Part shown: one piece after another, positions 42,105-49,035 of the stretch
How positions within the stretch are numbered: the stretch's first letter is position 1
How the letters are laid out: each line of letters opens with the position of its first letter
Origin: Candidatus Parcubacteria bacterium
Lineage (GTDB): Bacteria; Patescibacteriota; Minisyncoccia; JACPXH01
Assembly: GCA_016196625.1 (NCBI GenBank)
Contig: JACPXH010000017.1
Coordinates: forward strand, 1-52,776
Reading direction: 5' to 3'
Length of the DNA: 52,776 nt
Made by a program: the position numbers and the translations under genes
Notes under the pieces: generated by a model
Databases searched by the model: none
The model's input: the letters and a program-made list of their open reading frames with translations, nothing else
Told to the model about the DNA's origin: nothing

Positions 42105-42433
42105 GGCTCCTCCCCCAGAGGCGTTGTGTCAAGGTACCGTTGCTCTCACCATGTCAAGAGCACTCTAATTATAGCGTGTCCAGAGCATCTCTGTTTTCAC
42201 TCTGTGGATAACTTTTGATTCCTGGTGCTACTTTCTTTCGCTGGGCATCTCTACTTTTGTAGGGGCAGATCGCAAACTCTGCCGGGGTTTACCCCGTTGG
42301 AGATTTATATAGTACTGCAATGGGTTACGAACACATCTCGCGTCTTACGTTCATGCCACCAAGATCGTCTCGTTTCCCATCTCTAACGGGGTTTACAGGA
42401 ACTGCGCGGTCTTTTATGATAGGAGGCAATACG

Positions 42434-43801
42434 ATGCGTATTCTCGTGCTCAACCCCGCTATTTACGCGGGCAAAACAAATATCATGACGGTACGCGACC
42501 GTCAGCCGTTGGACATGGCGTATATTGCCGCACTCCTTCGTGCGGATCACGAGGTGCGATTGTTGGACGCGAACATTTTTGGGTACGACGTGGACCGCAC
42601 CCTTGAGGAGATCGAGGCGTTTCGCCCGGATGCTTTCGTGCTTACCTCGACGCCCGTCAACCGATGGGAATGCCCGAATTCGCACATTGATTCGGTGTAT
42701 GAATTGATCAACCGGGCCAGAATTGAAAACACGATTTTGACCGGCTCGCACGGGTCGGTGACGCCCGAGTGGATGCTGCGAAAATGCAACGTGAAGTATG
42801 TGGTTCGTGGGGAACCGGAGATGATCGTGAAAAACCTTGTGGAGACGATTGCCGCGGGCGGCGACCCCAAGACCGTCAAGGGGATTTCGTTTCGAGAAGG
42901 TGAAGGGTTCCGCCACACCGAAGACGCCCCACGCGTGGAAAATCTCGACGCGATGCCAATGCCGGCATACGATCTTTTGCCGATGGAGCGGTACCGCTAC
43001 TCGTTCAGCGATCTCCCGCAACCCTTTTCAATTATGTTGACCAGCCGCGGCTGCCCCTACCACTGCACGTTCTGCCTCAAGGTCATGTCGAAAGACAAAT
43101 TTATTTGGCGTTCGACCAAATCCGTCATTGATGAGATTCAGTATCTGCAGCAGAATTTCGGCGTGCGATCGGTTTACTTTCAAGACTGGGAGTTTGTGAT
43201 CAATAAACCCCGCGTCCACGAACTGTGCGATGCTCTCATTCGTGAGGGGATCAAGGTCCGGTGGGGGTGCAACGTGCGCGCAAACGATTTTTTCTTCAAA
43301 GACCTGATCAAGAAAATGGCGGATGCCGGCTGCGTGCGGGTGAATATCGGGTTTGAGTCCGGCAGCCAGAAGGTTTTGAACTCGATAAAGAAAGCCATTC
43401 GGATTCAGGACTTGGAAACCGCGATCGAATTTACGCGCGCGCTCGGCATTAAACTCGGCATGTACGCCCTAATCAACGCGCCCGGGGAAACGAAAGAGAC
43501 GATTCGCGAGACTATGGCGTTTTTGGCCAAGCACCACATTGACGCGATGAATTTTAACCTTACAATTCCATATCTCGGCACCGAGATGCATGAACGCTTG
43601 AAACAACTCAAGCCGCAGGCCGAAGTCAATTGGGATAATGTGGAAGATTATGCGGGGTTGGTGGACACCGAGCTTTCGCCCGTGGCCGCGCGCTTCTGGC
43701 AGCGGCATGCCAAGTTTCAGATTCGGTTCGGTAAGCTCTATCCGTTGAACCCGGCCTTTTGGCAGCACGCCGTAAAAATGGTGGCGAAACGTTTAGCGTA
43801 G
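42434..43801 (+). CDS. B12-binding-domain radical SAM enzyme (class B rSAM)
   Basis: 455 aa from ATG 42434, with AGGAGG 7 nt upstream. MRILVLNPAIYAG...AFVLTSTP N-terminal domain. CPYHCTFC (CxxxCxxC). GCVRVNIGFESGSQKVL. Confidence 0.8.
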   Translation: MRILVLNPAIYAGKTNIMTVRDRQPLDMAYIAALLRADHEVRLLDANIFGYDVDRTLEEIEAFRPDAFVLTSTPVNRWECPNSHIDSVYELINRARIENTILTGSHGSVTPEWMLRKCNVKYVVRGEPEMIVKNLVETIAAGGDPKTVKGISFREGEGFRHTEDAPRVENLDAMPMPAYDLLPMERYRYSFSDLPQPFSIMLTSRGCPYHCTFCLKVMSKDKFIWRSTKSVIDEIQYLQQNFGVRSVYFQDWEFVINKPRVHELCDALIREGIKVRWGCNVRANDFFFKDLIKKMADAGCVRVNIGFESGSQKVLNSIKKAIRIQDLETAIEFTRALGIKLGMYALINAPGETKETIRETMAFLAKHHIDAMNFNLTIPYLGTEMHERLKQLKPQAEVNWDNVEDYAGLVDTELSPVAARFWQRHAKFQIRFGKLYPLNPAFWQHAVKMVAKRLA

Positions 43802-43885
43802 GATGTGATGCGTTTTCGAATGGAGAGGGCTCGTCGATAGTGTTAGGGTATTATCTTGCTGCCTACTCAACTTCCGCCGTGTCTT

Positions 43886-44779
43886 ATGAGAAAGCAATCG
43901 GTTAGCCGCCGCGGCCCTGCGGCGAATATCGTCGCGCTCGGCGCGGATCATAATGGCGTCAAGCTTAAAACCGAAATCAAAGCGCTCTTAGCGTCACTCG
44001 GTTATCAATGTGTGGACGCGGGATCTTATAGTGAAACCGAGAAGGTTGACTATGCTGATTACGCTCGTACGGTTGGCCAGCTCGTGAATTCTGGTGAGGC
44101 GTCCCGCGGAGTGCTGGTGTGCGGAACCGGAGTGGGCATGAGCATGGTAGCCAACCGGTTCCCGAACGTGCGCGTAGCGCTCGCGCGCAGCCCCGAGGTG
44201 GCACGCAAGGGTCGAGAGCACAACGATGCGAATGTGCTGTGCCTCGGTGCGTGGGTGAATCCCGTGCGGACCAACCTTGCCATCGTGCGGGCGTGGTTTG
44301 GCGAACGCTTCGGCGAAGACCGTCACATCCGGCGCGTGGCCAAGTTCACCGAACCGCGACGCGAGAAAGTGGTGTTCACAAACGGGATTTTCGATCTTTT
44401 GCACTCGGGGCACGTTCACCTCCTGAAGTGCGCGAAAGCTCTGGGCGGCAAACTTATCGTGGGGATCAACTCGGATCGCTCCACGCGCATCCTTAAGGGC
44501 CCAACGCGGCCGGTCTGTGGCGAACAGGATCGCAAGAAGCTCATCGAGTCGCTTGGCTTCGTAGATCAAGCGATCATATTCGATGACACCGCCACCCTTC
44601 CGCTCATCAAACAAATCAAGCCGGATGTGGTGGTCAAAGGCGGGGAGTGGACCGCGGCGGAGGTGCGCCGACGCGATAAGATTCCACCCGAGATCGAGGT
44701 GAGGGTCTTCCCGCTGCTCGCTGGTTACTCAACGACGAACATGGTAAAGACCATCACCGGTCGAAACCGCGCCGCATGA
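43886..44779 (+). CDS. Fusion protein: RpiB/LacAB-type sugar-phosphate isomerase :: HldC/RfaE-domain-II-like nucleotidyltransferase
   Basis: N-terminal half: IVALGADHNGVKLK, VLVCGTGVGMSMVANRF (RpiB Cys motif). C-terminal half: VVFTNGIFDLLHSGHVHLL (HxGH), GINSDRSTRILKGPTRPV, PDVVVKGGEW, as in heptose-1-phosphate adenylyltransferases. TTG 43856 is an alternative start. Confidence 0.75.
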   Translation: MRKQSVSRRGPAANIVALGADHNGVKLKTEIKALLASLGYQCVDAGSYSETEKVDYADYARTVGQLVNSGEASRGVLVCGTGVGMSMVANRFPNVRVALARSPEVARKGREHNDANVLCLGAWVNPVRTNLAIVRAWFGERFGEDRHIRRVAKFTEPRREKVVFTNGIFDLLHSGHVHLLKCAKALGGKLIVGINSDRSTRILKGPTRPVCGEQDRKKLIESLGFVDQAIIFDDTATLPLIKQIKPDVVVKGGEWTAAEVRRRDKIPPEIEVRVFPLLAGYSTTNMVKTITGRNRAA

Positions 44780-45018
44780 ATATCCTGCGCCGGGTCATCG
44801 CCGCGTTCCCGCTTTGAAGCACTGTGCCCAAACGCTGATTGATTTTTACCCAACGCACCAGAAGGCCATCGTCTCCTGCTGGTGGATGAATGGTTGGTGT
44901 GTAGGCCTTCGGTGCGGGGTTCCGCCCCGCCACCGAAATACGAGGTGCCGCCGACTCCCGTCGGCGGGGCTCCACCAAATCGTAGCAAGTACACTTCATT
45001 TTATTTGCAGAAGAGCAA

Positions 45019-45042
45019 CCGCCGCGGCAAACGCCGCGGCGG
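45019..45042 (-). terminator. GC-rich hairpin downstream of the minus-strand Nudix-like gene
   Basis: CCGCCGCGGC-AAAC-GCCGCGGCGG: 10-bp perfect stem, 20 nt beyond stop 45062. On the minus strand it is followed by TTGCTCTTCTGC. Confidence 0.45.
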
Positions 45043-45061
45043 TGGTGCGCCGAGCCGGGTA

Positions 45062-45670
45062 TTAGTCGAAACATCCCACCGGCTCATCTGAAAGAAGGTA
45101 TCGGAGGAACCACTGTTGGAGGCCCCACGCGGCCATGGTCTCGCACGGCATCTTACTGAACTCGCGCACCGGCACGATCAAACGTTTGATTCGTTCTCCC
45201 TCCTTGCGCAGGCCGAACTCCTCTTGACCCTCGGCCACCGCATCCGGTCGTACCTCTGCGTAAGCAAGGTATGTGCGTTCGGTGAGCAGGCCCGGAGATG
45301 CAGCGAGGTGGCGTCGGTCGTTGAGTATCGCAACAAGATCATTATCGCCGATGTGGACCCCGACTTCCTCCCACGCTCCCTCCACAACGTGCTGCCTAAT
45401 GGTGAGGTGCGGTTTATCGAGCCGCTCACCCGGCACGTCGAGCACTGCACCGTCGGGGTGCTCCGGGCTTATCATGGGCGGACGCGGCTGGGTGATAAGG
45501 ACGACGCTCCCGTCGTATCGGTCGAATCGGGTTCTGTGGGGGTAAGGAACTCGCGCATGGGCGGACACACAAATGAGGAACGCAACTGTTGCCTGATTTG
45601 GCGTTCGCACGATCTCGTACCCTCGTTCGTCGCGTTCAACCCTGACATAACCATCATAGACGATTCCCAT
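45062..45670 (-). CDS. Nudix-fold hydrolase-like protein (ADP-ribose/NDP-sugar pyrophosphatase-like, degenerate Nudix box)
   Basis: 202 aa. RBS AAGGAGG 5 nt upstream of the ATG. LDVPGERLDKPHLTIRQHVVEGAWEEVGV resembles G-x5-E-x7-RE-x2-EE-x-G, but the Arg-Glu pair is not conserved. Assignment is tentative. Confidence 0.45.
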   Translation of the reverse strand: MGIVYDGYVRVERDERGYEIVRTPNQATVAFLICVSAHARVPYPHRTRFDRYDGSVVLITQPRPPMISPEHPDGAVLDVPGERLDKPHLTIRQHVVEGAWEEVGVHIGDNDLVAILNDRRHLAASPGLLTERTYLAYAEVRPDAVAEGQEEFGLRKEGERIKRLIVPVREFSKMPCETMAAWGLQQWFLRYLLSDEPVGCFD

Positions 45671-45725
45671 GGCTCCCTCCTTGGGCGTTTGTCTGGCGAA
45701 CTGCCCGGTGGACTCTCCGGATTGC

Positions 45726-45755
45726 CTTATAACATATGCGTTTGTGGCATGTCAA
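45726..45755 (-). promoter_or_regulatory. Near-consensus sigma70 promoter with extended -10 for the Nudix-like gene
   Basis: Minus strand: TTGACA (45755-45750), 18-nt spacer ending in TGT, TATAAG (45731-45726). About 50-nt leader to the AAGGAGG RBS and ATG 45670. Confidence 0.55.
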
Positions 45756-45812
45756 GATCGGTTTTTCGCACCCTTCATTTTATCAATGACTCGTGGTACG
45801 GTACGCTCTGCT

Positions 45813-46961
45813 ATGTTTGAACGGTTGCAGCTTTTTATCTTGACTCTACTCGCGTATCTGCTGCTGCCGTTTTCGCGCGTGCGCAGCCGACCCACGGCCA
45901 AGGGGCGGCCTAGTATCTTAATTGTGCAAACCGGTAAGATCGGGGATCTTGTGTGCACCACCCCCGTCTTCCGGGCAATCAAGAAGACTTGGCCCGAAGC
46001 GGATCTCGGCGTTGCGGTAACGAGTCTCGTAGCTCCCTTACTTGCGGGCAACCCCTACGTTGATGTGGTGTTTGCGCTGAACGGCAAGCCCGGGCTCGCG
46101 GGCAAATTCAGGCTCATCCGCGAGATCCGGCGGCACGGGTACCACTGGGTGCTCGTCCTCACCCCGGCTGCGATCGGCGTCATCATCGGCGTGCTTGCAG
46201 GCATCCCAAATCGGGCGCTCACCGTGATCCCCCAGTTGTCGCGTCACACCCGCTCGGCGCTCATTTTTGCGAACCGTTATGTGCCTTATGAGTTGCGCGC
46301 GGCTGGGGCAGAGCACTACTGTCGGATGGTAAACCTTGTGGGTTCGGTGGACTGTCGTGAGCCGCGGGAGCTCTTTCCCGATGCGGCGGCGCGCGCAAAA
46401 GCCGAGCAGTTTCTCGCCGCGCACGGGATCGGAGCGGATGTGTTCGTCGTTGGCATCTCCGTGGCGGCGGGGAAGTTTAACAAGGAATGGCCAGCCGAAC
46501 GCTTTGGGGCATTGGCAGACCGGTTCATCGAACAGTACGGCGCGAGAATCGTATGGGTTGGATCCAGCGGCGACGCAAGCACCATTGCCGAGGCCGAAGC
46601 GGCCATGCGGCGGCGCGATCGGGCGGTCTCATCCGCCGGCGCCTTCACGCTCGCCGAGCTCTCAGCACTGCTTGGGCGCCTTAAGCTGTTTGTTAGCGTA
46701 GACACGGGTCCTCTCTACATGGCCGATGCGATGGGGGTGCCGGTCGTGGACATTGCGGGGCCGGCTGACGTTCGCTCGCAGGCGCCGGCCGGTCGAGCGC
46801 TCGTGATTCAAGCAGACGGCATCCCGCCACTGCTCACGCTTATGGCTGCACCCGACAGTTCGGAGCGCGACCCGGCCATAATAGCCATTACCGTGGATCA
46901 GGTTTGGCGTGAGATTGAGGCTTTCATCAGTCGTGAGGGGCTTGCCTCCGTGCTTCCATGA
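45813..46961 (+). CDS. GT9-family glycosyltransferase (heptosyltransferase-like)
   Basis: From ATG 45813 (45786 is an alternative): SILIVQTGKIGDLVCTTPVFRAIKKTWPEADLGV, FVVGISVAAGKFNKEWPAERF, LFVSVDTGPLYMADAMGVPVV: characteristic WaaC/WaaF-type blocks. Confidence 0.75.
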   Translation: MFERLQLFILTLLAYLLLPFSRVRSRPTAKGRPSILIVQTGKIGDLVCTTPVFRAIKKTWPEADLGVAVTSLVAPLLAGNPYVDVVFALNGKPGLAGKFRLIREIRRHGYHWVLVLTPAAIGVIIGVLAGIPNRALTVIPQLSRHTRSALIFANRYVPYELRAAGAEHYCRMVNLVGSVDCREPRELFPDAAARAKAEQFLAAHGIGADVFVVGISVAAGKFNKEWPAERFGALADRFIEQYGARIVWVGSSGDASTIAEAEAAMRRRDRAVSSAGAFTLAELSALLGRLKLFVSVDTGPLYMADAMGVPVVDIAGPADVRSQAPAGRALVIQADGIPPLLTLMAAPDSSERDPAIIAITVDQVWREIEAFISREGLASVLP

Positions 46962-48295
46962 CGCATTTGCTTGGCCGCACGCGTGAACGCGCGCAGGAGT
47001 TTTTTCATCATCGGTTCGTGCGCGACACCGCCACACTGCAGGCGGGGACGTTCGTCTCGCTCGGCCTTGGGTTTATTTCTTCGGTTGTCTTCGCGCGGGT
47101 GTTGCAACTGGAGGGGTTCGGCGAGTATGCGCTCATCTCTGCGATCGCGGCGGTGGCTTCGATCCCCCTTGACCTCGGCGTGGGGTACGGGACACTCACA
47201 CTCATGGCCGCGGCGCACGCGCGCGGGGATCGCGCTGAGGTGCGGGACATCATCACGTTTTTCGTCAAGGCAACTGCTTTTATTACCCTTGGGCTTGGCC
47301 TACCGGTCATGATGGGGACTTGGGTGTTTACGGCGACTATCTACCACAGTTCTCGCCTTGGACTCCTTGTTGTTCCACTACTCGCCGTGCAGTTACTGAT
47401 GGCTTTTTTTATTCTCATTACGATTGTCTACCAGGTTGAGCGCCGGTTGAAAGCGCTCGTGCTCATAGAGAATAGTAACCGGGTGCTCAGCATGGTGTTT
47501 CCGGTCACTCTCGTGTTTTTGGGGCAGGGGTTGCCGGGGATCGTCGGCGGACAACTTGCCGCAACGATTATTTCGCTCTTCGCAGCAACGTTTCTCTATC
47601 GCGGCGCTCGCGCATCGGATCCGTTGCTCCCCAGTGCTCGCGAAATTTGTTCACACTTCGGCCGGATGCAACTCGGTCGCTACTTCCGTTTCAGTTTTAA
47701 AATCGCCTTTGACAAGAACGTGGCGAACCTTTTTGCCACGCTGCCAGTCGTGTTCTTGGGGCGTTTGGCGCCGGTGTACCTCGCCGGGTACTACAAGCTT
47801 GCGTTTAACTACCTGCAGGTTCCTTTGCGGCTGACCGGGTCGGTGTCGCGGCTTTTGCAGATTCAGCTGCCGGAGTCGTACGTTACGGGTGCGGATACGC
47901 TCATTAGACATTTCCGGAAGGTAACTATCTATTCGGGGCTGTTGTCGTTTTGCCTGGTGGCGGGTGCGCTCATCTTGGCGGGGCCGATCATCGCGTTGGT
48001 CTATGGGACGGCTTATGGCGCAGCCGCGAAGGTTGTCTATGTACTTGCCCCATTTGCAATCGTTTCTGGTTTTTCCGTGGGCATGGGTCCAGTTTTCCGG
48101 GCCATTGATCGAGTGGGGTCGGTGATTGCCATTAACGTGGCCACTCTTGTTGTTGTGACCCCCATCGGCTATTGGCTCGTGCGCACGTTCCATGTCTACG
48201 GGGCGGCAGCCCTCTTGGGGCTCTATACCGCTCTGGCAACCGGCGCTGCCTTTGCGGTGGTCGGTTACCACTTTAAGCGCCTCACCCGCGCCTGA
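46958..48295 (+). CDS. Wzx-like oligo/polysaccharide flippase (MOP/PST superfamily)
   Basis: 445 aa, about 12-14 hydrophobic segments. N-terminal FVRDTATLQAGTFVSLGLGFISSVVFARVL. ATGA overlap upstream. Confidence 0.65.
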   Translation: MTHLLGRTRERAQEFFHHRFVRDTATLQAGTFVSLGLGFISSVVFARVLQLEGFGEYALISAIAAVASIPLDLGVGYGTLTLMAAAHARGDRAEVRDIITFFVKATAFITLGLGLPVMMGTWVFTATIYHSSRLGLLVVPLLAVQLLMAFFILITIVYQVERRLKALVLIENSNRVLSMVFPVTLVFLGQGLPGIVGGQLAATIISLFAATFLYRGARASDPLLPSAREICSHFGRMQLGRYFRFSFKIAFDKNVANLFATLPVVFLGRLAPVYLAGYYKLAFNYLQVPLRLTGSVSRLLQIQLPESYVTGADTLIRHFRKVTIYSGLLSFCLVAGALILAGPIIALVYGTAYGAAAKVVYVLAPFAIVSGFSVGMGPVFRAIDRVGSVIAINVATLVVVTPIGYWLVRTFHVYGAAALLGLYTALATGAAFAVVGYHFKRLTRA

Positions 48296-48297
48296 TT

Positions 48298-49035
48298 ATG
48301 CACGTGAGCGAGTACCATAAAATTGCGGCGTTCCAAGCCAAGCACTGGTGGTTCTTCGGCCGAAAACTGTTTTTGCGGCAGTTTCTTATGCAGTACGTTC
48401 CCGGGCGCAACGCGGAAATCTTGGACGTCGGCTGCGGCACCGGAGAGGCCATGCTGTTTGCCGCCCGGCTCGGCTACCATCGCGTCCTCGGCCTCGATAA
48501 TGCCGAGGTGGCCATCTCTTTCTGCCGCCAGCAGGGTCTGTTAGCTGTCGAGCGCTGCGATGCGGCACGGCTGTCCTACGCGGCCGCTTCCTTCGATGCG
48601 GTTTTGTGTCTTGACGTGCTCGAGCATGTCCGAGACGATGCGGCAGTGCTTGCAGAGATTTGGCGGGTGCTCCGGCCGGGCGGGTGTGCGTTCATCACGG
48701 TCCCGGCGTTCCGGTTCCTGTGGTCGCGCCACGACACGGTGCTCCAGCATTTCCGGCGCTACGAGATGGCCGATCTCCTACGGTTTGCCCGCGCGCAACC
48801 CTGGCGGGTTCGCGAACATTCGTACTTCTTTTTCTTTATTTTCCCGCTCGTCGTCGCGTACCGGTGGCTGAAGTGCTTCGATCACCGGCCGCGCACGTCC
48901 GATCTCGACTTTGTGCCCGAACCGTTCAACGCGGCGCTCAAGGCTCTTTCGATCATCGAGATGTGGCTCGTGCGGATATTCGGTCGGCTCCCATTCGGCA
49001 CATCGCTCTACATCGTGCTCGAGAAACTCCCATGA
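48298..49035 (+). CDS. Class I SAM-dependent methyltransferase (paralog of 24816..25559)
   Basis: FQAKHWWFFGRK, ILDVGCGTGEA, LDVLEHVRDD, LRPGGCAFITVP. Same block order and hydrophobic tail as 24816..25559. Confidence 0.75.
   Translation: MHVSEYHKIAAFQAKHWWFFGRKLFLRQFLMQYVPGRNAEILDVGCGTGEAMLFAARLGYHRVLGLDNAEVAISFCRQQGLLAVERCDAARLSYAAASFDAVLCLDVLEHVRDDAAVLAEIWRVLRPGGCAFITVPAFRFLWSRHDTVLQHFRRYEMADLLRFARAQPWRVREHSYFFFFIFPLVVAYRWLKCFDHRPRTSDLDFVPEPFNAALKALSIIEMWLVRIFGRLPFGTSLYIVLEKLP

Noticed and set aside
42105-42433. Cobalamin or SAM riboswitch upstream of the B12-dependent radical SAM gene.
   Set aside because: I could not find a B12-box-like sequence (GCCACTG-type core) or SAM-I/SAM-II consensus blocks on either strand. 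Only generic hairpins are present. This needs an Infernal scan for a definitive answer.
44944-44980. tRNA/tmRNA-like 3' end: ...GTCGGCGGGGCTCCACCA resembles the acceptor-stem strand plus ACCA tail of tmRNA/tRNA-Ala.
   Set aside because: The preceding hairpin has an 8-bp stem with a 4-nt loop (TCCC) instead of a 5-bp T-stem with a 7-nt T-loop. No matching GGGGCCC 5' acceptor strand is available, because about 350 nt upstream lies inside a well-supported CDS. No D- or anticodon-arm equivalents were found.
44814-45065. Small ORFs in the convergent spacer (83 aa +, 89 aa -, 106 aa -).
   Set aside because: They are Cys/Trp/Arg-rich translations of GC-rich hairpin DNA. They have no RBS, are mutually overlapping on both strands, and have no recognisable domain.
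48660-49031. 5' extensions of track ORFs that overlap the preceding gene (48660, 26184, 50558, 24687, 39284, 45669, 9859, 4379, 42320, 21879, 23237).
   Set aside because: In each case an internal ATG gives a typical family N-terminus and forms an ATGA or short overlap, or follows a GGAGG-type RBS. The extensions encode low-complexity Arg/Pro/Ser sequence overlapping a supported gene or a palindromic element.
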